Below are positions 52,911 to 63,727 of a stretch of DNA of 64,000 nucleotides, piece by piece (positions within the stretch are counted from its first letter, which is position 1; each line of letters begins with the position of its first letter). The stretch is taken from the NCBI GenBank assembly GCA_038843015.1, contig JAWBSH010000003.1, positions 69,343 to 133,342 of the forward strand. The letters run 5' to 3'. This DNA is from Zestosphaera sp. (GTDB taxonomy: Archaea > Thermoproteota > Thermoprotei_A > Sulfolobales > NBVN01). The notes under the pieces are model-generated. The model made no database searches. It was not told the DNA's origin and saw only the letters and a list, made by a program, of their open reading frames with translations. Position numbers and translations under genes: made by a program.

Positions 52911-54470
52911 GTGAATTTTGATGTATCTTCTTTTAAGAAGAATTATCTCTCATTCCTTATTAGGAAGACTAGTGAGTCTTATAAGAAGTTGGGTGATGAC
53001 GAGGTTGTTGGGTTTATTATGTATTGGTCAGAGAAGGAGAGGAAAAAGCCAGGTATTTTGAGGAGGAAGGGGGAGAGTATAGAGAAGGTAGTTCTCGCTT
53101 TCTATCCTGTTTTGCTAGAGGCCTACTCTAGCGGGAGCGCGATATTGATAGATCCCTTGAGGCGGGGTAAACTCACGTTAACTTACGACGTTCCTGACGA
53201 GAAAGCTGTTGATTCTGCTCTCGTAGAGCTGGCTTCTAGTTCTGGGAAGTCTTTTCTAGATATTCTGGTTAAGATAGACAAGCTGTCAGAAGATATTGCC
53301 GGCAGTAGAGGGCACGTCATCAGAAGGTCTGTAGAGTTAGAGAATGTTGTTTCAGACTCTTCCTTCATTAATGACCTCAAGCTCTTCTTAAATCATACGA
53401 CCGATTATGGCCTCCCATTCGTGGAGATACCGTGGATTAGTGTTGATTGCACTAAAGAAGCTGAGAATGTTAAGCTCGTGCTGAATGAGATTAGTAACTC
53501 AATAAGTTACGTGAGTAACGTCTCAGGGAAAATCAATGACTTACTCAGTAACTGGAAAAAGAGCGTTCAGAAAGAGTATGAAGTCAAGATCACAGAACTA
53601 GACCAGAAAATAAAAGAAACTAGAGAAATTGTGATGAAGAATATTGAAGAACTTAGGAAGAAGAAGGATGAAGAGCTTGCGTTAATTAGGGGGAGATACC
53701 AGCCACACATAGAAGCTGTTGAGAAGAGAATTGCTGAAACTCAAGAAAACATGAAGAAGCTTGAGGAAGAGATTGAGAGAGCGAAGAGTTACGGGAGAGA
53801 CGTCTCAGACCTGAAGAAGAAGTTGAGTGAGTTGAAGAAGACTTTAGAAAATCTTGAGAAAGAGTTGAGTGATGAGAGAGCAAACTATGAGAACGAGGTT
53901 AAGAGAGCTGAAAAGAAGTTTGAGGAATTGACTGAGGCTGAGAACAATAAGGTTAAGTCACTCCTTCAGGAGAAAGAAGCACTAAGGAACGAGCTTGAAT
54001 CACTGACTCGAGAAGCTGATAGAAGGTCTGACAAAATAAGAAGTAATCTCCAGGAGTATCGAGAGAAGTTAATTAAGGTAGAAAAAGAAATAGAAAAGAT
54101 AAGTCTCTCAATTCCTTCCAGCGGTGTTGGACTGTACATGATCCCAGTAGCTTATACCTCATACGTATCTGATGGGTCTCGACGTTCAGTAATAATTACT
54201 CCAGTAGTTCTAGAGCCTGGCGGATGGCTCGGCCCGAAACTCAGTCCGGTAATTGTTGAGGGTTTACGTAATTACTTGTCGTGGTCTAGAGAACTAATAG
54301 AGAAGACTGAAATGAAATCTGAGCTTGAGGCTAAAAACCTCCTCGTCAATATAACGCTGGAGAGAATCGAATTAGCGTTAACTAGATTAGCTGAGATGGA
54401 CCTTTTCTCTAGAGATGAAGTAAAAGAAATAGTAAACAGTATAGGAGAGCAAAAGAAAATAACTTCTTAA
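52911..54470 (+). CDS. Hypothetical protein with long central coiled coil
   Basis: 519 aa, GTG start. A globular N-terminal region of about 210 aa is followed by about 190 aa of E/K/L heptad-rich sequence (roughly 53540..54110) and then a globular C-terminus of about 115 aa. No Walker or other catalytic motif was seen. Confidence 0.5.
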   Translation: MNFDVSSFKKNYLSFLIRKTSESYKKLGDDEVVGFIMYWSEKERKKPGILRRKGESIEKVVLAFYPVLLEAYSSGSAILIDPLRRGKLTLTYDVPDEKAVDSALVELASSSGKSFLDILVKIDKLSEDIAGSRGHVIRRSVELENVVSDSSFINDLKLFLNHTTDYGLPFVEIPWISVDCTKEAENVKLVLNEISNSISYVSNVSGKINDLLSNWKKSVQKEYEVKITELDQKIKETREIVMKNIEELRKKKDEELALIRGRYQPHIEAVEKRIAETQENMKKLEEEIERAKSYGRDVSDLKKKLSELKKTLENLEKELSDERANYENEVKRAEKKFEELTEAENNKVKSLLQEKEALRNELESLTREADRRSDKIRSNLQEYREKLIKVEKEIEKISLSIPSSGVGLYMIPVAYTSYVSDGSRRSVIITPVVLEPGGWLGPKLSPVIVEGLRNYLSWSRELIEKTEMKSELEAKNLLVNITLERIELALTRLAEMDLFSRDEVKEIVNSIGEQKKITS

Positions 54471-54608
54471 TCTGAAACAGTCTGTTTTTAAGTCCTTTAA
54501 TTAAAGTGTTTTCTCTATAATTTCTAGCGTTGTTTAAGCTTAAAGAATCAACAATTATTAGTGACTTATAATATAGCTAAGATAGCCAGTAGTTCTGGGT
54601 GGTAACTA

Positions 54609-55238
54609 GTGATTAGGTATCGCAAGATAGTTGGCGGTCCTCTAGAGACTAACACCTACATAATATACTCAGAGAATAGCGGGATAGTTGTTGATCCGGG
54701 TGTTAACCCAGACTCTATAATGAAGGTTATCGAAGAATTAGGTGTTACTAAAGTATATTCAGTTATAGCCACGCACGGACATTTTGACCACGTTTTCTAT
54801 GCTGGTAGAGTGTCTAGGCTCCTCAGCACTAGGTTTTTAATCCACGAGTTAGACATAGGCTTAATTAGCAGGTATAAGTTCTTAGCCGAGGAACTCTACG
54901 GCGATGTCTTAGAATTGCCGGAGTCTATAGAACTCGTGAAAAGCGATGTTGTCTTAAGGTTTAAGGAACTTGAGGTCAAGATTCTCCACACGCCAGGCCA
55001 TACGAGAGGTAGTTTATGCCTGCTAGTAGGGAACTTACTTGTCAGTGGAGATACTTTATTTAAAGGCACTATAGGGAGGGTCGATTTCCCTGAGAGCTCT
55101 GCTGAGGATATGAAGAGTTCGCTTATTAAGCTCGTTAAGCTGTCCAATAATTACGTAATTCTCCCAGGTCATGGTGAAGTCACGACTCTTGATCAGGAGA
55201 AGAGAAATAATCAGTACCTGAGGAGGTTGCTCGAATAA
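54609..55238 (+). CDS. Metallo-beta-lactamase-fold hydrolase (glyoxalase II-like)
   Basis: The ATHGHFDH metal-binding motif with a downstream HTPGHT. 209 aa. Confidence 0.8.
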   Translation: MIRYRKIVGGPLETNTYIIYSENSGIVVDPGVNPDSIMKVIEELGVTKVYSVIATHGHFDHVFYAGRVSRLLSTRFLIHELDIGLISRYKFLAEELYGDVLELPESIELVKSDVVLRFKELEVKILHTPGHTRGSLCLLVGNLLVSGDTLFKGTIGRVDFPESSAEDMKSSLIKLVKLSNNYVILPGHGEVTTLDQEKRNNQYLRRLLE

Positions 55239-55286
55239 TACGGGAGTAAGTTAGTTAAGGTTTTAACAGTGTTTTAACTTAATTTA

Positions 55287-56480
55287 ATGGTGTCTAACAC
55301 TGTGCTAGACCCTGTTGAAGCCAGAATTATTGAGTTATCTAAGTCATTAAGTGACTACATTATTGGTTTGAGGAGAGATATTCACATGTATCCTGAGTTG
55401 AGGTTTGAGGAATTCAGGACATCAGAGGTCATTATGAAAGAGTTGACTAAAGTCGGCATCGAGTACGTTAGAGCTGCTGAGACCGGAATAGTAGGTCTTG
55501 TTAAGGGAAGCGGTGATCGCGTTGTAGCTCTGAGAGCTGATATGGATGCTCTCCCAATACAGGAAGAAAATGAAGTACCTTATAAGTCTAGAATTGAGGG
55601 TAAGATGCATGCTTGCGGTCATGACGCGCACGTAGCTATGTTGTTGGGTGCTGCCAGAGTACTCGTAAGCATTAAAGAATATCTGAGAGGAAGCATTAAG
55701 TTGATCTTCCAACCTGCTGAAGAGGGGGGTGCGGGAGCTAAGAAAGTAGTCGAGGAAGGGCATCTGAAAGACGTTAACGCAATATTCGGTATTCATGTCT
55801 GGTCTGACTTGCCTGCGGGCACAGTAGCTACTAGGAGAGGACCTATGTGTGCTTCAGCAGACTCATTCGTGATAAGGATTAAGGGTATGGGGGGTCATGC
55901 AGCACATCCAGAACTAACTAAAGATCCTACAGCGCCTGCCGCAGACATTTACAATGCTTTACAGAAAATAGTCACTAGAAACGTAGGTGCGTTAAAACCT
56001 GTCGTCATAACTACCCCGAAGTTTGAGGGGAGTAAGGCAAGTAACGTGATACCTGACGAGGTAAGAATAGCTGGAACTCTAAGAACGTTTGACCTAGATG
56101 TTAGGAATAGAGTTTTGGCTAGAATAGAATCTATAGTCAAGTATTACTCGCTAGCATGGGAATGCGAGGGTAGTCTCGAGTTAAGCGAGGTTTTCTACCC
56201 TCCGGTGGTCAATAACCCTGAACTAGCTGACTTCGTCTTGGAAGTAGCTAACAAGATAACCAAGACTTCCGAAGCTTTAATGACTATGGGAGCTGAAGAC
56301 TTCTCATACTATCTGCAAGAAGTGCCTGGCGCGTTCATATCGCTCGGAGTAAGGAATGAAGGCAAAGGCATTATATACCCGCATCACCACCCAAGATTCA
56401 ACGTAGATGAGGACGTGCTCTGGCTAGGAACAGCGCTACACGCGTTACTAGCATATAACTACCTCAAGAGAGCTAAGTAA
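55287..56480 (+). CDS. M20-family amidohydrolase / carboxypeptidase (N-acyl-L-amino acid amidohydrolase-like)
   Basis: The MHACGHDAH motif and [13 protein letters not shown] are typical of the M20D/HipO/CpsA subfamily. Confidence 0.8.
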   Translation: MVSNTVLDPVEARIIELSKSLSDYIIGLRRDIHMYPELRFEEFRTSEVIMKELTKVGIEYVRAAETGIVGLVKGSGDRVVALRADMDALPIQEENEVPYKSRIEGKMHACGHDAHVAMLLGAARVLVSIKEYLRGSIKLIFQPAEEGGAGAKKVVEEGHLKDVNAIFGIHVWSDLPAGTVATRRGPMCASADSFVIRIKGMGGHAAHPELTKDPTAPAADIYNALQKIVTRNVGALKPVVITTPKFEGSKASNVIPDEVRIAGTLRTFDLDVRNRVLARIESIVKYYSLAWECEGSLELSEVFYPPVVNNPELADFVLEVANKITKTSEALMTMGAEDFSYYLQEVPGAFISLGVRNEGKGIIYPHHHPRFNVDEDVLWLGTALHALLAYNYLKRAK

Positions 56481-56660
56481 GTGTCTGCCACGTGCCCCTC
56501 ATCTGGGTTACTCTGGCTTTTCTGGACGCGGGCCCCATCTTTCGTGGGGTCATCAAGGGCTACATCGGCGGGCACTAGCGGGACTACCTCAAGAGATAGA
56601 TATGCTCTCCACCTATGATGAGACCTACCTCCAAGCATGGTAGTAACAACTTATAAGTTT
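56481..56660 (+). repeat. G+C-rich intergenic segment, possible distant relative of the 627/23399 element or a separate small RNA
   Basis: About 62 percent G+C over 56481..56590. Hairpin CCCCA-TCTTTCG-TGGGG. GGGGTCATCAAGGGCTACATCGGC...ACTACCTCAAGAG loosely parallels CGGGTTCATTAC..CCCCACATCCTGGC...ACCTACTCAAGTC of copy B. Again located in a convergent spacer. Confidence 0.25.
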
Positions 56661-56702
56661 TCACTAAGAAGACACTCAAGAGAACAAAGTCTCTCTGAGA
56701 AA

Positions 56703-58058
56703 TTATGAAGAAGTTGTTTTTATTAATTCGTACCTGTCGTAAACCATCGTGATTTTCGAGTTCTTTATGTAAAACTCTACTGGGATCTTGGCAGCTAATG
56801 TGTGGATCCTAAACAATACGTAGTCTTCAGACATCTTCTCAAGCACTAAGGGCACGGGGCTTGAATCCCTAGAATCTTCTTCTAGGAAAAGCATGTCTCC
56901 ACTCCTCTTAACGTGTATCCTGACAGTCTCTTTATAGTTTTTGTATGTACCCACTAATTTATCATATGTCCTCTCAGTCAGTACGTAAGGCAATTCTTTC
57001 TCGGGGTCTCTCCCTAGTAACATGGCTAGAGCATACCCGCCAATGAGAGAGAGTGGGTAGCCTGACGAGTTAGCTAGGACTGCAACACTTATTTTCTCGT
57101 CAGGCACGTAGCCTACGTAAGCTGTATAAACTAACACAGACCCGCTGTGACCGACTAACTTACGGCCGAAGAAATTGTGACGTATTGTTAAGCCAAGACC
57201 GTAAGAGTCAGCTACGACACTCTCGTAAGGCAATTGAGTGAATGCTCTCTCCATCAAAATGATTGAGTCTTTACTAAGAATCTCTACATCATCAAGTACC
57301 CCTCTATTAATTAGTGCTTCGGTAAACCTGAGTAGGTCAATCACGTTACTAAATAAGCCTCCATCAGCCGAGATCCCGAACACCGGCTCTGTCCTGACGT
57401 GCTTGCCTTCCCTGTTTATGAGGTACGGCGTCGCTCTGTTGCTGTCTCTCAGATACTCGTCTCTAGTAAAGTAGCTCTTCTTCATACCTAGCTTATCTAG
57501 TATGTTAGTCTTGATATAAGACTCGTAACTTACCCCGCTAACTTTCTCTATTATCTTCCCTAAAAGGACATAACCCTCGTTCAAGTAGAACCACCTCTCA
57601 CCAGGTTTGTGCGTGAGCCACTCGTTATAATCTCTCATGAAGCTCACGACGTCGTCTGGAGTAGCTATAGGAAACCAGTAGTTGCTCAGTCCATAATAGC
57701 TGTCTATTAAGGCTTCAGCATAACCTAGTGCGGGTATTCCTGAAGTATGCGAAAGCAGGTGATAAACCTTGATATCGCTAGATTTAATCACGTCAACAAA
57801 CTTATTTACAGGCTCTTCGAGACTCATTAGACCTCTCTCAACTAGCTGCATGGTCGCTACGGCGGTGAATGTCTTAGTTACGGAGCCAACACAATAGTTT
57901 GTGTTTGGTGTTGCAGGTAGTGATTCGGTAATGTCTCGGAAGCCGAAACCTCTAGAGTAGATCACCTCCCTGCCCTTTAGTAAAGCCACACTAATGCCTG
58001 GAAACTTGTACTTAGTCAGTCTTTCTTGAATAAAATTCTCGAGAGCAGTGAAGTCCAA
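56703..58058 (-). CDS. Serine hydrolase, beta-lactamase/S12 peptidase family
   Basis: SxxK motif SVTKTF, a YxN-type motif (FYLNEGY), and a C-terminal beta-barrel-like extension. 451 aa. Confidence 0.75.
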   Translation of the reverse strand: MDFTALENFIQERLTKYKFPGISVALLKGREVIYSRGFGFRDITESLPATPNTNYCVGSVTKTFTAVATMQLVERGLMSLEEPVNKFVDVIKSSDIKVYHLLSHTSGIPALGYAEALIDSYYGLSNYWFPIATPDDVVSFMRDYNEWLTHKPGERWFYLNEGYVLLGKIIEKVSGVSYESYIKTNILDKLGMKKSYFTRDEYLRDSNRATPYLINREGKHVRTEPVFGISADGGLFSNVIDLLRFTEALINRGVLDDVEILSKDSIILMERAFTQLPYESVVADSYGLGLTIRHNFFGRKLVGHSGSVLVYTAYVGYVPDEKISVAVLANSSGYPLSLIGGYALAMLLGRDPEKELPYVLTERTYDKLVGTYKNYKETVRIHVKRSGDMLFLEEDSRDSSPVPLVLEKMSEDYVLFRIHTLAAKIPVEFYIKNSKITMVYDRYELIKTTSS

Positions 58059-58083
58059 TCAAACCCACCACAATAGTACTAGA

Positions 58084-59106
58084 TTACTCAGATAAAAAAC
58101 TACTTATGTCGGCGAGGAACTCGTTAAAACTTAACTCACTTACTCTATGACACGCTACGAAGTGTCTCTTACTGAGCTCAAGTAGTTCAGGTTCTTTCGA
58201 CCTACACACCTCTGTAGCGTAGGGGCATCTGGGATGATATCTGCAACCCTTAGGCGGGTTGAGTGGGCTCGGAGGCTCGCCCACTACCTCCACGCGCCTC
58301 CTATCCCTCAACTTAGGGTCTGGTAAAGGTATTGAGGAGAGTAAAGAGACTGTGTAGGGATGTTTAGGGTTCCCGAAAACCTCGTGTACAGTCGAATACT
58401 CTACGACCTTCCCTAAGTACATCACCATAATGAAGTCACTGACGTGTTTAGCTGTTAGTAAGTCATGCGTGATGAAAATGTAGGTCAGTTTATGCCTGTC
58501 CTGAAGATCTAGTAGTAGGTTCAGTATCTGCGCCTGTACCGACACGTCGAGAGACGAGGTTGGCTCGTCAAGTACTACTAAAAGTGGTCTAAGTATTATA
58601 GCTCTAGCAATAGCTACTCTCTGTTGCTGACCTCCTGAGAGTTCGTGCGGGTATCTCATTAAGTGCTCCGCACTTAAACCTACCTCTTCTAAAGTCTTGA
58701 TTATTTTCTCTATACGTGTCTTCTCGTCTTCACTGCTGTGTATTTTCAGAGGTCTCTCAAGTATTTCCTTCACCCTCATTCTCGGATTTAGTGATGAGTA
58801 AGGGTCTTGAAAAACTATTCCAGTAGATTTCCTGAATTGTTTTAGTTCCTTCTTATTAAGATTTGTTATGTCGCTACCATTGAATATTATCTTGCCTGAC
58901 GTAGGTTCAATTAATCTCAAGATAGTTAATCCTAGGGTAGTCTTGCCAGAACCTGACTCGCCCACAACGCCTAACGTAGTTCCTTTCTCGACGCTGAAGG
59001 AGACTCCATCAACTGCGCGCACGTACTGCTTTTTAGCGAAGAAACTTTTTTTGAATTCGAAATACTTTTTTAAGTCCTCAACTACTAAGAGTTCCATGAG
59101 AGTCAC
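58084..59106 (-). CDS. Oligo/dipeptide ABC transporter ATPase (OppF/DppF-type)
   Basis: Walker [10 protein letters not shown], signature [12 protein letters not shown], Walker [14 protein letters not shown], and the C-terminal Cys-rich oligopeptide-transporter extension ([15 protein letters not shown]). Confidence 0.85.
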   Translation of the reverse strand: MTLMELLVVEDLKKYFEFKKSFFAKKQYVRAVDGVSFSVEKGTTLGVVGESGSGKTTLGLTILRLIEPTSGKIIFNGSDITNLNKKELKQFRKSTGIVFQDPYSSLNPRMRVKEILERPLKIHSSEDEKTRIEKIIKTLEEVGLSAEHLMRYPHELSGGQQQRVAIARAIILRPLLVVLDEPTSSLDVSVQAQILNLLLDLQDRHKLTYIFITHDLLTAKHVSDFIMVMYLGKVVEYSTVHEVFGNPKHPYTVSLLSSIPLPDPKLRDRRRVEVVGEPPSPLNPPKGCRYHPRCPYATEVCRSKEPELLELSKRHFVACHRVSELSFNEFLADISSFLSE

Positions 59107-60086
59107 CTAATTCTATCGTAGTTGTGGCAAGCAACTAAGTGGCCCTCACGTACTTCAATTATCTGGGGTTCTTCTCTCAAGCACTTACGTGTAGTGTAGG
59201 GACATCTTGGGTGAAACCTACAACCACTGGGTGGATTCAGGAGGCTAGGCGGTGTTCCAGGTATTTGGTTTAGTCTGGTCTTTGATTTTCTTCTAGCTAC
59301 CACACACTCTATCAGACCTTTAGTGTAGGGGTGTTGGGGGTTCTCAAATATCTCTCTCACGTCAGCTACCTCAACTATTTTCCCAGCATACATCACCCCA
59401 ACTCTGTCACATACTTCAGCTACTATGCCGAAGTTGTGTGTTATTAGTAGTAATGTGAGTCCGTACTCACTCTTGAGTTCATACAACAACTTGAGTATCT
59501 GGGCCTGTATAGTGACGTCTAAAGCTGTTGTGGGTTCATCAGCTATTAGTAGGCTGGGCTTACATGTGGTCATCATAGCTATCATAGACCTTTGTTTCAT
59601 TCCCCCGCTAAACGTATGGGGGTAGTCTTTAGATCTTAGGTCAGGGTCAGGTATCCCTACTTTACCTAATTGTTTTACCGCGGCTACTAATGCTTCCTTC
59701 CACGACATTCTGAAATGTATTAGTGGGACTTCAGCTACCTGAAAACCTATAGTGTGAACTGGGTTCAGAGACGTCATGGGGTTCTGGAATATCATCGCTA
59801 TTTCTCTTCCCCTGATCTTCTGTAGCTCGCTCTCACTAGCTCGCAACAGGTCTATGCCCTTAAAGAGTATATTACCGCGTAAGAGCCTCGCGTTAGGAGG
59901 GAGTAGTCTGGGTATAGCTAAAGCCAACGTACTCTTACCGCACCCTGTCTCGCCGACTAAGCAGAAGGTTTCACCCTCATAAATCGCTAGACTTACTCCG
60001 TCAACTGCTCTTACACAGCCTCTGCTAGTCTCGTAACATATGTGTAGGTCCCTTACCTCAAGAAGCGCTTCAGACACTCGCGTCAC
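59103..60086 (-). CDS. Oligo/dipeptide ABC transporter ATPase (OppD/DppD-type)
   Basis: Walker [10 protein letters not shown], signature [12 protein letters not shown], Walker [13 protein letters not shown], and a C-terminal [15 protein letters not shown]. Confidence 0.85.
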   Translation of the reverse strand: MTRVSEALLEVRDLHICYETSRGCVRAVDGVSLAIYEGETFCLVGETGCGKSTLALAIPRLLPPNARLLRGNILFKGIDLLRASESELQKIRGREIAMIFQNPMTSLNPVHTIGFQVAEVPLIHFRMSWKEALVAAVKQLGKVGIPDPDLRSKDYPHTFSGGMKQRSMIAMMTTCKPSLLIADEPTTALDVTIQAQILKLLYELKSEYGLTLLLITHNFGIVAEVCDRVGVMYAGKIVEVADVREIFENPQHPYTKGLIECVVARRKSKTRLNQIPGTPPSLLNPPSGCRFHPRCPYTTRKCLREEPQIIEVREGHLVACHNYDRIR

Positions 60087-60955
60087 CCCAGCCTCAACTT
60101 AGGGTCTAGAACGTCTCTTAGAGCGTCTCCTAGAAGGTTAAAACTCAATGCAGTCAAGGTTATGAATAGCCCGGGAAACACGGAACACCACGGTGCTTTG
60201 AATATGTAGTCTTTTCCCTCGTTGAGCATAGCGCCCCAGTCAGGAGTCGGGGGTTGAGCACCGAAACCTAAGAAGCTAAGTGCTGTAGTGTAGAGTATCG
60301 CTGAAGGTATAGTTAAAGTTGCTAGGACTATAACAGAAGCTAGTGTATTTGGTAAAACATACCTGAACATTATGCTCAAGCTAGACTCACCCACAGCTCT
60401 CGCAGCAGTTATGAATTCTCTGCTTATTATTGACTGCGTCTTAGCCCTCACTATCCTCGTGTAGGGAGCCCAACTAACTATAGAGACTGCTACGACAACG
60501 TTCGTTAGTCCAGGACCCAATATAGTCACTATAGCTAGAGCCAAGATTATTGGGGGAAAAGCCCAGAGCATGTCAGTAATCGCTGATATTAATTTATCAA
60601 TTGACCCCCCGTAGTACCCAGCTATTAAGCCTAAAGGAACTCCTATCCCCGCTTCAATCAAGACTACTAGCAGACCTACCCATAAAGCTATCCGAGCACC
60701 GTAAACAATCCTGCTGAAGACGTCTCTCCCTAGATGATCAGTCCCGAAAACATTCGTTGTAGATGGTGGCAGTAGTCTAGATGAAGGATCTACCTCATCA
60801 AACTTCTTAGGAGCTATGAAGTCAGCTGTTAAAGCAATGAATAACATGAAGGACAAAATGATTAAGCCAGCTAAACCCCTCTTATGTTTTAAGAAGAGCA
60901 TAAATTCCTCGCTGCTACTTAATGACTTAATCTTTTCTCTAATGAGTAGTGTCAT
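60083..60955 (-). CDS. Oligo/dipeptide ABC transporter permease (OppC/DppC-type)
   Basis: 290 aa with 6 TM helices and an EAA-like loop (ITAARAVGESSLSIMFRYVLPN). Confidence 0.8.
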   Translation of the reverse strand: MTLLIREKIKSLSSSEEFMLFLKHKRGLAGLIILSFMLFIALTADFIAPKKFDEVDPSSRLLPPSTTNVFGTDHLGRDVFSRIVYGARIALWVGLLVVLIEAGIGVPLGLIAGYYGGSIDKLISAITDMLWAFPPIILALAIVTILGPGLTNVVVAVSIVSWAPYTRIVRAKTQSIISREFITAARAVGESSLSIMFRYVLPNTLASVIVLATLTIPSAILYTTALSFLGFGAQPPTPDWGAMLNEGKDYIFKAPWCSVFPGLFITLTALSFNLLGDALRDVLDPKLRLG

Positions 60956-61896
60956 GAGCCACCACCCTTCTCTATACGTACGCGCGGGTCTAAGACAGCC
61001 ACCACGATATCTCCTAATGTGTTGAAAACTACTGTGAGGACAGTTATTATCAGTACTATACCCTGAACCACGGCGTAGTCTTGTCTTATTATTGAAACAT
61101 AGAGTAACCTACCCATCCCCGGCAAAGCGAATAAAGTCTCTATAACTACTGCACCTCCTATCAGCCACGGCACATCAAGAAAGAACATAACGACCACTGG
61201 TATCATCGCGTTCCTAAGTGCGTGAACTAATAATACCCTCTTCTTATTAAGTCCTTTAGCCCAGGCAGTCCTTATATAGTCTTCGTTAAGGACTTCGATC
61301 ATTTCAGCTCTCGTGAGTCTCATCACGTAAGCCGACGAGGGGAGTGCTAGCGATAGCGCGGGCAGTATCAGAGAGTGTAATCCCTCATAACCAGATATGG
61401 GTAAGAGCTTTAGGTAGTATCCAAAAACTAACATCAACATAAGACCAAACCAGAAGCCAGGTATTGAGTAACTAGCAACTCCCGCTACAGATATAACGCT
61501 ATCTACTAGAGTTCCCCTCTTCAGCGCTGTCAGGAGTCCTGTCGTCACGCCAATAGAGTAAGATAGTAGTGTCGAGATGAGCATTAACATCATAGTGTAA
61601 GGCAGTCTCTGAGATATAAGTGAAGATACCTGCTCTTTAGTAACTATGGAGACTCCTAAGTCGCCTCTAATGACGTGTGAGAGCCAGTAGAAGTACTGTA
61701 TGTATATGGGCTGGTCAAGTCCCCAAGCCCTCCTTAATTCCTCAATCTTAGCAGGAGTTACTCTTTCCCCAGCTAGAAGGAGTTTTATGGGGTCTCCTGG
61801 CAACATATACATTATGTAGAAAAGAATTATCGTTACACCAAAAATAACTGGAATCCCTATTAAGAGTTTCTTGGCTACGTATGTGAGTAGACCCAT
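60952..61896 (-). CDS. Oligo/dipeptide ABC transporter permease (OppB/DppB-type)
   Basis: 314 aa. The N-terminal YVAKKLL..IPVIFGVTIILF and an EAA loop (IRTAWAKGLNKKRVLLVHALRNA) are typical of the family. Confidence 0.8.
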   Translation of the reverse strand: MGLLTYVAKKLLIGIPVIFGVTIILFYIMYMLPGDPIKLLLAGERVTPAKIEELRRAWGLDQPIYIQYFYWLSHVIRGDLGVSIVTKEQVSSLISQRLPYTMMLMLISTLLSYSIGVTTGLLTALKRGTLVDSVISVAGVASYSIPGFWFGLMLMLVFGYYLKLLPISGYEGLHSLILPALSLALPSSAYVMRLTRAEMIEVLNEDYIRTAWAKGLNKKRVLLVHALRNAMIPVVVMFFLDVPWLIGGAVVIETLFALPGMGRLLYVSIIRQDYAVVQGIVLIITVLTVVFNTLGDIVVAVLDPRVRIEKGGGS

Positions 61897-61915
61897 CTTA
61901 GTACCTACTCCACTA

Positions 61916-63550
61916 CTATCTCTGCTCTACCCACGCATCGTTAATTATGAGCGTACCGTAAGGTGGGAGCACTATTAACCCCTTAACATTCTTGTTAACA
62001 GCCGTGTATTCCTTGAGTACGAAGAGAGGTATCAGCGGGAGATCCTTAAGTAATATCTCCTGTACCCTAGAGTAAACTTTAGTTCTCTCAGTCATGTCAC
62101 TCACGGAGCGGCCCATCTCCAGCAACTCATCTACTTCAGGGTTTGAGTACGTGTAGTTGCCGTACTCGCTGTGAACTAGGTAAATCAGTATGTCTGGGTC
62201 AGCCCACGAGAACCTCCTCAAAGCTAGTTCAAAATTCCACTCACTAGTCAATTCTCTTATATAGTCATACGTGTATTCCTTAATTTCTACGTGTATTCCT
62301 ATTTTCCTCAGCTGTGCTTGAATTAAGGGGGCAGATTTCTTGAGTGCTGGGTCATCAGTTGGTGAGAGCAGCGTCATTTTTAGCGGGATGCCGTTCTTAT
62401 CAACTATCCCGTCACCGTCTGTGTCTACCCAGCCAGCTTGCCTGAGGAGTTCTCTAGCTTTATTCAAGTCGTGTTCGTAGAGATTCTCAGCAAGTCTCTC
62501 GACTGACTCATTGTAGCATATTTGTGAGGGCGAGAGGAAAGAAAACCAGGGTACTACGTTATTGTCTAGTATTGCGGCTATCTCACTCCTGTTAAGTGCC
62601 GTCATTATTGCTTGACGTACCCTAATGTCGTCTAGAGGTTCTTTCTTAACGTTAACCATTATGTAGTGTATGCCTGGAGACAGGGTCTCGTAGAGTTGTA
62701 TGTTCGGGTTCTCTCTGAGCCTCCTAACTTCTTCTAAAGGCACCCCCCTAACGATATCTACTCTGCCTGCCTCAAGCTCTGTTATCCTAGTAAGGTCTTC
62801 TGGAATGAATCTTATCACTATTTCGTCTATGTATGGGTTGGGACCTTTGTTATTCACGAAGGGCATGTTAGTTCTGTAATTGTCGTTTCTTATTAGAGTT
62901 ACGTGAGAGCCCCTAACCCACTCTTTGACTTTGTAAGGACCACTACCTACTGGAAGTCTGTTGAAGGCGTCATCACCAACTTCTCTAGCTACCTTAGCGT
63001 TGACAGCCCCTCCATAATTAGTTACGAGCACGGCCCAAAGATACGGTGCCGGCCTGCTGAGAATTAATTTAAGTGTGTACGTATCTAAGACAATAATCTC
63101 TGCCACGTCAGCGAAGTCTTCTGCATAAGGTGATATGCTTTTATATCTTTCTATTGATTCTTTGATAGCTTCTGCCGTCAGTGGGTCTCCATTAGAGAAC
63201 TTAGCGCCTTCAGGTATATGAAAGGTTATGACTGTGCCGTCCTCTGAGACCTCCCAACTCAAAGCTAGGTCAGGGACTATATTCATATCTGGCCCAAGCA
63301 CTACCAGAGGTTGAAAAATCAGATCATGAACTTCATTAGACCAGGTTACTTGCTGCACGTCTAAGCCCATAGGCTCCTCAGGTATCGCAATAACTAAAGT
63401 CCTCTTTAATTGAGGAGTAGTCGCCGCAGGCGAGGTTGGGGTAGGGGTGGGTGCAGGCATTAGAGTAAAGTATGTAGCTAATAAAGCAATAATCACAACT
63501 GAAATTAGAACGATTACAGTGAACTTAGATATAGCTTTATTTAAATGCAC
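61916..63550 (-). CDS. Family-5 extracellular solute-binding protein (peptide/nickel)
   Basis: 544 aa. An N-terminal TM anchor is followed by a Pro/Thr linker (PAPTPTPTSPAATTP) typical of archaeal binding proteins. First gene of the transporter operon. Confidence 0.8.
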   Translation of the reverse strand: MHLNKAISKFTVIVLISVVIIALLATYFTLMPAPTPTPTSPAATTPQLKRTLVIAIPEEPMGLDVQQVTWSNEVHDLIFQPLVVLGPDMNIVPDLALSWEVSEDGTVITFHIPEGAKFSNGDPLTAEAIKESIERYKSISPYAEDFADVAEIIVLDTYTLKLILSRPAPYLWAVLVTNYGGAVNAKVAREVGDDAFNRLPVGSGPYKVKEWVRGSHVTLIRNDNYRTNMPFVNNKGPNPYIDEIVIRFIPEDLTRITELEAGRVDIVRGVPLEEVRRLRENPNIQLYETLSPGIHYIMVNVKKEPLDDIRVRQAIMTALNRSEIAAILDNNVVPWFSFLSPSQICYNESVERLAENLYEHDLNKARELLRQAGWVDTDGDGIVDKNGIPLKMTLLSPTDDPALKKSAPLIQAQLRKIGIHVEIKEYTYDYIRELTSEWNFELALRRFSWADPDILIYLVHSEYGNYTYSNPEVDELLEMGRSVSDMTERTKVYSRVQEILLKDLPLIPLFVLKEYTAVNKNVKGLIVLPPYGTLIINDAWVEQR

Positions 63551-63727
63551 GAGATCACCTCATTAAAGAGTCGTTATATTGAAGCTAATAAACTTTCAAG
63601 TCTCATTAACGTTATTTTGACATACTTTATCTAATCAGGTGTTAGTTTTTAAGTCATTTTAACTTATTTCAACTACTCAAAATACTTTTAATGTGATTCA
63701 ATGGACTGTCTATGGGGGAGGGGGTTA

